Part shown: one piece after another, positions 17,349-26,200 of the stretch | How the letters are laid out: the number at the start of each line of letters is the position of its first letter | Position numbering within the stretch: the first letter of the stretch is position 1 | NCBI GenBank assembly: GCA_937888935.1 | Contig: CALARO010000166.1 | Span: 1 to 35,946 of the forward strand | Direction of reading: 5' to 3' | Origin: an uncultured Clostridia bacterium | Lineage (GTDB): Bacteria > Bacillota > Clostridia > Christensenellales > Borkfalkiaceae | DNA length: 35,946 bases | Translations under genes and position numbers: made by a program | The notes under the pieces: generated by a model | Database searches by the model: none | The model's input: only the letters and a program-made list of their open reading frames with translations | What the model was told of the DNA's origin: nothing

Positions 17349-18167
17349 TCAACCCAAGCCGATACATTCCGTGCAGATATTGATGGCTTTTTCCAGCATT
17401 TCTTTCGCGCCGCCGTTGTTCGCGCCGATGATCATAAACGCTATGCCGCACGCGAGCAGCACGCCGCGCACAATGTAAAGCGTACGCTTGTCCTTTTCCG
17501 ATTTATCCGCCGAAGCGTTCGATGCGCCTGAAACGCCCGCCGCGCCGGAAACGCCGCGATTTTCCGCAAGCAGTTTTTTGATCTCCGTCGTTTCTTTTTC
17601 CGCGAACCGCTCGGTGAATATCGTGGCGAACGCCGCCGCGGCGAACGCAATCACGATCCACGGCAGAATACGGGGAAGCATTCCGATCATATCGCGCGTG
17701 GGGTTAAATCCGTCGCCTACGGGGGTGTAATATTTTTTATTCCACACCACAAGCGCTACGAGCGCGGCGCAGATCGCGCAGCAACCGACGCACACGCCCC
17801 ACACGATTTTTTCGGCGCGCTTCGCTTTCCGTAAAACTTCGCTGCCATGCGCAAGATTTTCGGGAACGCGTTTTTGCAGCCGCTTCAATATTTCCGAACG
17901 ATCGAACCGCGCGCGCGGTTTTTCGGTCGGCGCAGGGAAGATTTCGAAAATCACCCATCCGGCAACCACCGCCGCAATCCACAAAAAGAGAAACGCGGCG
18001 ATTTCGGAAAGCGCGTTTTTCGCCTTTTCGTAAGAATAGGGGGTGATTTCCGCCGATCGGTAAATGCGCTGCGATTGCACGATCAGCAGAACGCCCGCGA
18101 TCACGGTGAGAACGCTTAAAACGATTCCCGTAACGCGCCGAAGCGTAATTTGATGTTTTTCCGTCAT
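17349..18167 (-). CDS. Five-TM membrane protein with a Cys-rich third helix and a C-terminal CxxC tail (...KAINICTECIGLG)
   Basis: ATG at 18167 with GGAGG 5 nt upstream. The ORF-track start at 18224 lies upstream of the -10 box, so it is not transcribed. Five hydrophobic helices. VCVGCCAIC lies in helix 3 (17769-17792). CTEC at 17364-17375, 4 residues from the stop. Confidence 0.75.
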   Translation of the reverse strand: MTEKHQITLRRVTGIVLSVLTVIAGVLLIVQSQRIYRSAEITPYSYEKAKNALSEIAAFLFLWIAAVVAGWVIFEIFPAPTEKPRARFDRSEILKRLQKRVPENLAHGSEVLRKAKRAEKIVWGVCVGCCAICAALVALVVWNKKYYTPVGDGFNPTRDMIGMLPRILPWIVIAFAAAAFATIFTERFAEKETTEIKKLLAENRGVSGAAGVSGASNASADKSEKDKRTLYIVRGVLLACGIAFMIIGANNGGAKEMLEKAINICTECIGLG

Positions 18168-18212
18168 ACCTACCTCCGAAACAAGCGTAAAAATCGCTTG
18201 AAAATCTTTTAT

Positions 18213-18241
18213 ATTATAATACAAAAAAGCGTTGCCGTCAA
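18213..18241 (-). promoter_or_regulatory. Sigma-A promoter of the minus-strand redox operon
   Basis: On the minus strand: TTGACG (18241-18236), 17-nt spacer, TATAAT (18218-18213). Confidence 0.7.
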
Positions 18242-18301
18242 GTAATTTTTATAAATATATAGTCGCGCGTACGAAAAAACGCCGCAGCGCGCCGCTTCCC
18301 G

Positions 18302-18330
18302 TTGACAAAATCGTTAACTCGTGGTAAAAT
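18302..18330 (+). promoter_or_regulatory. Sigma-A promoter with extended -10
   Basis: TTGACA (18302-18307), 17-nt spacer, TG-g-TAAAAT (-10 at 18325-18330). Confidence 0.75.
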
Positions 18331-18392
18331 ATACGTATTCTCTGAACTTTTCAGCGGCTTTCACCGATTATATCCGAGAGGTTTCTACCATA

Positions 18393-19715
18393 ATGAATGT
18401 GCAATTTACAGAAAATCAAGCGCAAAACCCGATTTCACAACAAAAATATCGTAAATTTTACGCCGTACTCGAAGAAGAATTGCTTCCCGCAATGGGTTGC
18501 ACCGAGCCGATCGCCGTAGCGTATGCGGCCGCGCTTGCCCGCGACGCGCTCGGCGCGTACCCCGAAGGGGCGGAAATTTCCGTCAGCGGCAACATTTTAA
18601 AAAACGTAAAAAGCGTGGTAGTGCCGAATACGGGCGGACTGCGCGGCGTGGCGGCGGCCGTCGCCGCAGGGATTGCCGCAGGCAACGCGGCGCGCAAACT
18701 CGAAGTGCTTTCGGAAATCACGGCGGACGACGTGAAAAAAATCGAACGCTGCTTAAACGAGTGCCGTTTCACCGTCGCGCAGTCGCGCTCGGGTTGCGTG
18801 TTCGATATCGGCGTGCGGCTGTTTTGCGGCGAAAACGAATCCTTTGTGCGGATCGAAGGGAGGCACACCAATGTGGTGGCAATCGAGAAAAACGGTAAAA
18901 GCGTGCGGGACGTCGGCGAAAACGGGCGCGAAACGGGCGAAGAAACGTTTTCCGACCGCAGTTTTTTAACGGTGGAAAGTATCTACGAATTTGCGCAGGC
19001 GGCGGGCGTATCGCGTTTAGAGCCGCTCGTGGGCAGGCAGATCGACTATAACACGAAAATCGCGGAAGAAGGTTTAAAAAACGAATACGGCGCGTGCGTG
19101 GGCAGGGTGCTGTTAAGCTCGTTCGGCAGCGGCGTGCATAATCTTGCGAGAGCCACGGCGGCGGCGGGATCGGACGCGCGCATGAACGGCTGCGGCTTGC
19201 CCGTGGTGATCGTTTCGGGCAGCGGCAATCAGGGCATGGCGGCGTCGCTTCCCGTGGCGGTGTACGCAAAAGAGCTGGGCGCGTCAAGGGAAAAAACGCT
19301 GCGCGCCGTCGCGTTGTCCGATCTGATCACCGTGCATCTGAAAACGGGCATCGGCAGGCTTTCCGCCTATTGCGGCGCGGTGAGCGCGGGGTGCGGCGCG
19401 GGCGCGGGGGTGTGCTATCTCTGCGGCGGCGGCGCGAAAGAAATTTCCGAAACGCTTTCCAACGCGCTCGCCATTGATTCTGGCATCATCTGCGACGGCG
19501 CGAAATCGAGTTGCGCAGCGAAAATCGCTTCGGCGGTGGACGCGGGTTTGCTCGGCATGGAGATGAGCCGGCGCGGCAAAAAATTCATGGGCGGCGACGG
19601 CATACTGGAAAGAAACGTGGAAACCACGATCCGAAACGTGGGCGACATCGCGCGCGTCGGCATGCGCGAAACCGACGAAGAAATCATTCGCCTGATGATC
19701 AAAAGCTGCAATTAA
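18393..19715 (+). CDS. UPF0597 / serine-dehydratase-alpha-like family protein (L-cysteine desulfidase family, YhaM/CyuA-like)
   Basis: ATG at 18393, downstream of the promoter; the GTG at 18321 in the ORF track lies inside the promoter spacer. LLPAMGCTEPIAVAYAAALA N-terminal signature. GSGNQGMAASLPV. Gly/Ala/Cys-rich C-terminal half (ICDGAKSSCAAKIA). Length about 440 aa. Confidence 0.7.
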   Translation: MNVQFTENQAQNPISQQKYRKFYAVLEEELLPAMGCTEPIAVAYAAALARDALGAYPEGAEISVSGNILKNVKSVVVPNTGGLRGVAAAVAAGIAAGNAARKLEVLSEITADDVKKIERCLNECRFTVAQSRSGCVFDIGVRLFCGENESFVRIEGRHTNVVAIEKNGKSVRDVGENGRETGEETFSDRSFLTVESIYEFAQAAGVSRLEPLVGRQIDYNTKIAEEGLKNEYGACVGRVLLSSFGSGVHNLARATAAAGSDARMNGCGLPVVIVSGSGNQGMAASLPVAVYAKELGASREKTLRAVALSDLITVHLKTGIGRLSAYCGAVSAGCGAGAGVCYLCGGGAKEISETLSNALAIDSGIICDGAKSSCAAKIASAVDAGLLGMEMSRRGKKFMGGDGILERNVETTIRNVGDIARVGMRETDEEIIRLMIKSCN

Positions 19716-19720
19716 ATTCT

Positions 19721-19752
19721 GCCGCGGTCAAAAAGCCGCGGCTTGCCTTTTT
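19721..19752 (+). terminator. Probable rho-independent terminator
   Basis: GCCGCGG / CCGCGGC stem with an 8-nt loop, followed by TTGCCTTTTT. Starts 6 nt after the stop at 19715. Confidence 0.55.
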
Positions 19753-20014
19753 CCGGCGCAAATCGCGCCCGCAAAACGAAAATAAAAATTTATTTTTTTG
19801 CACAAAATTTAGTCGGGAAAACTTTGAAATTGCGGCGTTCGATTTGTATTTTGAATGATATTCCCGCAAAAAGCGAATGATTTCGCGATTTCGGGGTACG
19901 GGCGCGTTTGTTTAAAAAACGGAATTTTCTCATAAAAAACGCATAAACGGCGTTTAAAACTACGCAAAAAATCGTTTGGATCAATCGGTTTTTTGAATTT
20001 GATATTATAGTGAA

Positions 20015-20033
20015 ATCTATTGAAAGAATAGAT
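20015..20033. promoter_or_regulatory. Perfect 7-bp inverted repeat just upstream of the protease-operon promoter
   Basis: ATCTATT-GAAAG-AATAGAT at 20015-20033. It ends 18 nt before the -35 box. Confidence 0.35.
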
Positions 20034-20051
20034 AACTGCACTTATTTTCGT

Positions 20052-20080
20052 TTGACAATCTTGTTGCTTTGTGATATAAT
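20052..20080 (+). promoter_or_regulatory. Full-consensus sigma-A promoter with extended -10
   Basis: TTGACA (20052-20057), 17-nt spacer, TG-a-TATAAT (-10 at 20075-20080). Implies a leader of about 170 nt before the start at 20256. Confidence 0.8.
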
Positions 20081-20255
20081 ACAACGCTGTAAGAATTTAA
20101 TTTGGCGCAGTATACCGTGCTTTTCCTGAAAGGAAAGAAAAGAAAGACGGCGGCGCAGAATCACGTTCTTCTCCGTCGCGCCGGAAAGCGCGCGGGCGTA
20201 TGCAAATATTCAAAAGATTGTTTTGACCGGTTTTGCCGTTCAAAGGAGGTACAGC

Positions 20256-23200
20256 TTGAAAAGTACTTTAAAGAGAATATTCTCTCTTGCCCTGATCGCA
20301 GCGTTTTCAACGTCGCTTGCGATCGGCGATCGCAATTTCAAAGCGTCGGGCGATAACGGCGCGTTGTTTTCCGACGTCACGGGCGAGATGGATCTCACGG
20401 ATATAGCCGTGAAAAATTTGAATTCTTCCGTTCTCGCGGGCGGCAAAACTTACGAAACGCGCACGGTGATCGTCAGTCTCGAAGGCGATACGCTCGTAAA
20501 GCAGGCGAACGGCGCGGACGTTTCTTCTTACGCTTCGTCGAAAGAAGGTAAGCGCGCGCAGAAAGCTTTGAAAAAATCGCAGGACGCCTTTCTGAAAAAA
20601 CTTTCGAAAAGCGGCATTTCCTATTCGCTCGAAAATCGCTATTCGGCGGTGGAAAACGCCGTGGCGATCAAAGTCAATACAAAATACGTAGCCGACATTA
20701 AAGCGATGAGCGGCGTTTCGGGCGTGTACGTATCCGAAACGTACGCCGCTCCCGAAACCGTGAGCGAAACGTATTCTTACGAAGCTACGGCAAGCGGCGA
20801 AGTCCACGCCACGATCAATAACACCAGCGTATATCCCACGGGCGTATACGATTCTTCTTCCGTACTCGGAATGTCGGGCATCACCAGCGATAACTCGGTT
20901 GTGGCGATCATTGATACGGGCCTTGACTACACGCATAAAGCGTTTCAGATCTATGCGGATAAATATCCGATGAATAACGCCCGTTTCGACGAAACTTACG
21001 TAGCGGATAAACTTTCCGAAAAAGATCTGATCGCCGAGCAGAGAGCGGCAACGCAGGGCGAAAAACTCGCGGCGAAAGATCTGTATATTTCCAGAAAAGT
21101 ACCTTTCGCCTACGACTATGCCGATAACGACGCCGACGTATATCCTTCCTATTCCAACCACGGCACGCACGTGGCGGGCATCGTGGCGGGGTACAGTCCC
21201 GACGGATACACGGATAAAGACGGCAACAAGATCAACGAGCCGTTCGTGGGCGTTGCGCCCGAAGCGCAGCTTGTGATCTGTAAAGTATTTTCCGACAATA
21301 TCGACGACGCCGACGTAGGCGGCGCGGATACGGAAGATATTCTTGCCGCGCTCGAAGACTGCGTGATGCTCGGCGTAGACGTGATCAATATGTCTCTCGG
21401 TACGTCCTGCGGTTTTTCCACGGTATCGGACGAAGCCGACGAAGAAGGCATGCTGCTCGAACGAGTGTATTCGAGCGTAAGAAACGCGGGTATTTCTCTC
21501 GTGTGCGCGGGCAGCAATGATTACAGCGCAGGTTACGGCGGCAATTTCGGCACGAATCTCGCATCCAACCCCGATTCCGGCACGGTGGGTTCGCCTTCCG
21601 TGTATCCCGCCGCGCTTTCCGTGGCGAGTATCAGCGGACAGCGTTCGCCCTACATGCTTGCGAATGAAAATTCGGAAGCATTTTCGGTGTACTATGAAGA
21701 ATCCAGCGATCAGAACAATAAATACTTCGATTTCGCAAAACTCATGCTTGGCGATAAGCAGAGCGAAACGTTCGAATACGTGGTAGTGCCGGGCGTAGGC
21801 CGCGTAACCGACTATGCTTCGGTAAGAAATCTTTTCAAAGCCACGGATGCAAACGGCAACAAACGTATTGCGCTTGTAAAGCGCGGCGACACTTCGTTTA
21901 AAGACAAGGTGGACACTGCGAAGAGCATGGGCGCGGCGGCAATCATCGTTTACAACAACGTAGCCGGCACGATCAGAATGTCGCTCGGCGACGCGGAAGA
22001 TCCCATTCCTTCCGCATCCGTTTCGAAAACCGCGGGCGAACGGCTTGTGCAGACGGCTACCGGCAGAATCGGCACGCTGAAAATCGATAAATCGCTGCTT
22101 GCCGGTCCGTTCATGAGCGATTTCTCGTCCTGGGGCGTTACGCCCGATCTTCGCCTGAAACCGGAAATCACGGCGCACGGCGGCGAAATCACGTCGGCAG
22201 TCCCCGGCGGTTACGGCGAGATGTCCGGCACTTCGATGGCTTCGCCGAACATGGCGGGCGTCGTTTCCATTATCAGAAGTTATCTTAAAACGAAAGACCC
22301 CGCGTATATCGCCGATACCAACGCGCTCACGCAGCGTGTAAATCAGCTGATTATGAGTACGGCGACGATCGTATACGATCGCGACGGCTTGCCGTATTCG
22401 CCGCGCAAGCAGGGCGCAGGACTTGGCAGTCTCGAAAACGCGGTGAAATCGAACGCGTATCTTTCTACAAACGATACGACAATCGATCTTCGCCCCAACG
22501 TAAATCTCGGCGACGATCCCGATAAGAGCGGCGTGTACGAATTTACGTTCAACGTAAGCAATTTCGGCTCGTCGGCACTCGAATTTACGTTCAAATCCAC
22601 GTTCATGACGGAAACGCGCGACGAATTTTCCGTGGCGGAACAAGCGCACCTTCTCGGCGGCTCTCCCGAATGGAACGTGCTGAGCGGGAACGCGACGAAA
22701 TCGGGCGATAAGCTCGCGATTCCGGCGGGCGGAACGGCGGAAATCAAAGTGAAGCTCACGCTTTCCGCCGAAGAAAAGAAGTATATCGACGACAATTTCG
22801 TAAACGGCATGTACGTGGAAGGCTTCATTTCGCTGCTCGGCGAAGGCGAACAATGCGATCTTACGCTGCCTTTCATGGGCTTCTACGGCGATTGGGCAGC
22901 CGCCCCGATGCTCGATTATAACGCCTATGAAATCGACGCGTCTTTGGCGGACGCTTCGGTGGACGACGCGAACAAACTCAAAGCCAGCGTGTGGGCAACG
23001 CAGCCGTACACGATGTATTATAACGAGCAGTATTCGATGCCTATGGGTACGTTCGCGTATCTGCAGGACGAAAATGCCGACAGAGTGTACACAGTAGAAG
23101 AACACAACGCGATTTCGTGCTTCAACGATTACTACGGCGAAGGCAACGGCAACAACTATCTCACCGCATGGCAATTCCGCGGCTTGTACGTAGGGTTGCT

Positions 23201-26200
23201 TCGCGGCGCGCGCACCGTGAAATACACGCTGAGAAACGTTGATACGGGCGAAATTATCTATAAAAACACGGCGTACCGTATCGGAAAAGCGTATACGGGC
23301 GGCGGCGGATCGGGCAGACCCGCGTTTGTGAAATTCGAATTGAATCCGCTCGAATACGGACTTGTTTCCAACGGCAGATACGCCATGGATTTCTATTTCG
23401 AATCGGACAGCGCGATCGGAAGCGAAAATACGAACACGGCTTCGTACTCGTTCACGTTCACGGCGGACTACGAAGCACCCGTATTGCAGGACGTTCGCGT
23501 GAGATACTACGATTATAAAGACGGCAATAAAGATAAGCAGCAGATTTATCTCGATCTCGACGTGTACGATAATCACTACGCGCAATCCGCACTGCTTTGC
23601 TATTATGCGGACGGCGAACTGAAACAGGTAAACGACTACGTTCAGCCGATTTACAACAGCGTGAAGAACGGCACGAACACCGTTTCGATCGACATCACGG
23701 ACATCTACGCGAAATATAAAGACCAGCTGTACGTTCAGCTCGACGACTACGCGCTCAATCACAGCGTGTACGCGCTCAATCTTTCGGCGAACAATTCGAA
23801 GAACGTTCCCGATTCGTTCGAGCTTGCGCCCGGCGAAAATTCGCTGTCTTTGAAAATTTACGAAACGCATAAGGCGTTGCTCAGCTACGAAGGCGGCGCG
23901 AATTATTCCAACTTCTCGTGGTCTTCGGCAAACAGAAACGTTGCCGACGTGAAAAACGGCGAAATCGTGGGCTTAAGCGAAGGCAGCACGAAAATCACCG
24001 TATCCAACGGGAAGGTATACAGAACGATCGACGTAACCGTCAGCGGCGAAAAGGCTCGCCTGAGCGTGCCTTCGCTTTCGTTCGGTACGATCCGCAATAA
24101 AGACGATAATCTCGTTACGGCTTCCGGCTACGTGGAAGTATATCCCGATCAGGACATCACTCTCACGGTGCAGACAGATCCGTGGTACTATCCGGAAGAA
24201 AATATCCGTCTCAGATGGGAAGCGGGCAACACCGCCGTGTGCGAAGTGGATCAGAACGGTAAGCTGAATTTCAAAAAGAAAGGCACTTCCAGCGTGATCG
24301 CCACGCTGCTCGACGAAAGCGGCAATCCCACGGCGTATTCCGCCACCGTCACGGTGCGCGTTCTCGATCCGTTCGTCGTATCGAATTATACGCTCACGCA
24401 CTATCGTGGCAAGGACAAAACGGTAGAAATCCCCACCGATAAAAACATTATGTATATCGGCGAAGACGCGTTTGAAGATAATTCCACGATGGAAGAAGTC
24501 ATTCTTCCCAAAACGGTGGTGAACATCAATCAGCGCGCGTTCAACAACTGCACCGCGCTCAAACGCATCTATGCGGTGAGCAAAGAAAAGCAGGAAATCG
24601 CCGATTCCGATCTCAACCTTGTGTACACCGAAGCGTTTATCGGCTGCACTTCGCTTGAAACGATCGATCTTTCCAACGTGAAAGTGATCACGCTCGGCAG
24701 GCGCGCGTTCTACGGCTGCACAAGCCTGAAAGAAATTATCAATATGCAGGCGATCGGCACGGCGTTCGACGGCGCGTTCGAAGGCTGCGTATCTCTTACC
24801 GGAATCGACCTTAGCGGTATGCACGTGGCGGGGCAGGACGTATTTAAAGACTGCGTTGCGCTCGCCGCCGTACAAACGGATAAATACTCCGCGATCGGCA
24901 AGGGTATGTTCAGAAACTGCACGTCGCTTAAATCAATCGTGCTGAAAAATTCTTCGATCGGCGACAACTCGTTCGAAAATTGCTCTGCGCTTACGAAAGT
25001 AACGATCGACGGCAACGGCGACGATTATGTGATCGGCTCGGAAGCGTTCTTAAACAGCGGCTTATCCGAAATCACGATCGTCGCAAGAGTGCGTAAAATC
25101 GGCGACCGCGCGTTTGCGAATACGTCAATTTCCGAAATCACGTTGCCCGAAGGACTTACGGAAATCGGCGAAAATATCTTCGCCGGCTGCACAAAACTCG
25201 ATACGATCACGTTGCCGGCTTCTTTCTCTCTGAAAGACGTGAAACTCGCGGGCAATCTGTTCAACGGCCGCACGGTAAAATTTGCGGCAAGCTCGCAGTT
25301 TAAAAACGACGGCGGCGTTCTGTACAGCGCAGACGGAAAAATTCTCTACGCCGTGCTTGACGGCAGCGTGAATTCGGTTACGATTCCCGCCGGCGTGGAA
25401 GAAATTTACGATTATGCGTTCGAGAGCGGTAACGTCGGCTCGATCACGATTCCCGCTTCGGTGAAGAGAATCGGCAAGGGCGCGTTCAGAAACTCGAAGC
25501 TTTCCGCAATCTCGTTTGCGGAAGGCTCGCAGATTGCGGCGATCGAAGACGAAACCTTCTACGGCAGCCGACTTCTGGCAATTCAGTTGCCATCGTCGGT
25601 AACGTCGATCGGCTCTTACGCGTTTTCCGAAACGCTTCTTAAAAACATCGAGCTTGGCGAAAGCGTGAAATCAATCGGCTCGTATGCTTTCCAGCTTTGC
25701 GAATGGCTTGCGTCCGCAACCATTCCCGCAAGCGTGGAAGAAATCGGCAATTATGCGTTCCGCAACTGCGTCGCGTTGAAGAATATCGAAATTCCCGCCG
25801 TCAAACGAATGGGAATAGGCGTATTCGTAAGCAATGCGGCTTTGAAGAGCGCGAAATTCGGCGCGGAAGCGGAAACCACGGGTACTTCCACGTTCGTTGA
25901 TTGTTCCGAATTGGAAGAAGTTACAATCGGCGGTAAAACGTCGGAAATCGGCGCTTCCGCGTTCGATACCCGCGTAGGCTACTATGGCGCTCGTAATAGC
26001 GCGCTGAAAAAAGTCACGCTCGGCGAAAGCGTGAAATCGATCGGCAACGCCGCGTTCTACGGCTGCTCGTCGCTCAATGAAATCGATCTTTCCCACGTGG
26101 AAACGATCGGCGCGATGGCTTTCTATAATTGCGGCGCGTTGCGCACGCTCGAGCTGAACGAAGCGATTTCGATCGGCGAAGGCGCGTTTGCCGTGGATAA

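Noticed and set aside
18168-18224. N-terminal extension of the CxxC-tail membrane protein (ORF-track start at 18224)
   Set aside because: The -10 box of its promoter is at 18218-18213, so 18224 is upstream of the transcription start. ATG 18167 has a GGAGG 5 nt upstream.
18321-18392. GTG 18321 as the start of the cysteine-desulfidase-family gene
   Set aside because: It lies inside the promoter spacer and extended -10 (18302-18330). ATG 18393 gives the family-typical length.
19790-20084. Two overlapping small minus-strand ORFs (83 and 91 aa) in the AT-rich intergenic region
   Set aside because: No RBS. Lys/Phe/Asn-rich translation typical of AT-rich non-coding DNA. One would start inside the -10 box of the + strand promoter.
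20223-20255. TTG 20223 as the start of the subtilase
   Set aside because: AGGAGG at 20244-20249 is positioned for TTG 20256, which begins a normal Lys-rich signal peptide.
20087-20255. Known riboswitch or T-box in the protease leader
   Set aside because: I could not find the conserved cores of T-box, SAM, lysine, glycine, cobalamin, TPP, purine or c-di-nucleotide classes by eye. Left as an unclassified structured leader.
20307-23870. A 1187-aa stop-free ORF on the minus strand, antisense to the subtilase gene
   Set aside because: Its codons are exactly in register with the sense codons, so it only requires that the sense gene avoids TTA, CTA and TCA, which is a codon-usage effect. The translation is Arg/Phe/Val-rich and low in complexity. 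It has no RBS or promoter, and the sense strand carries unmistakable S8 motifs.
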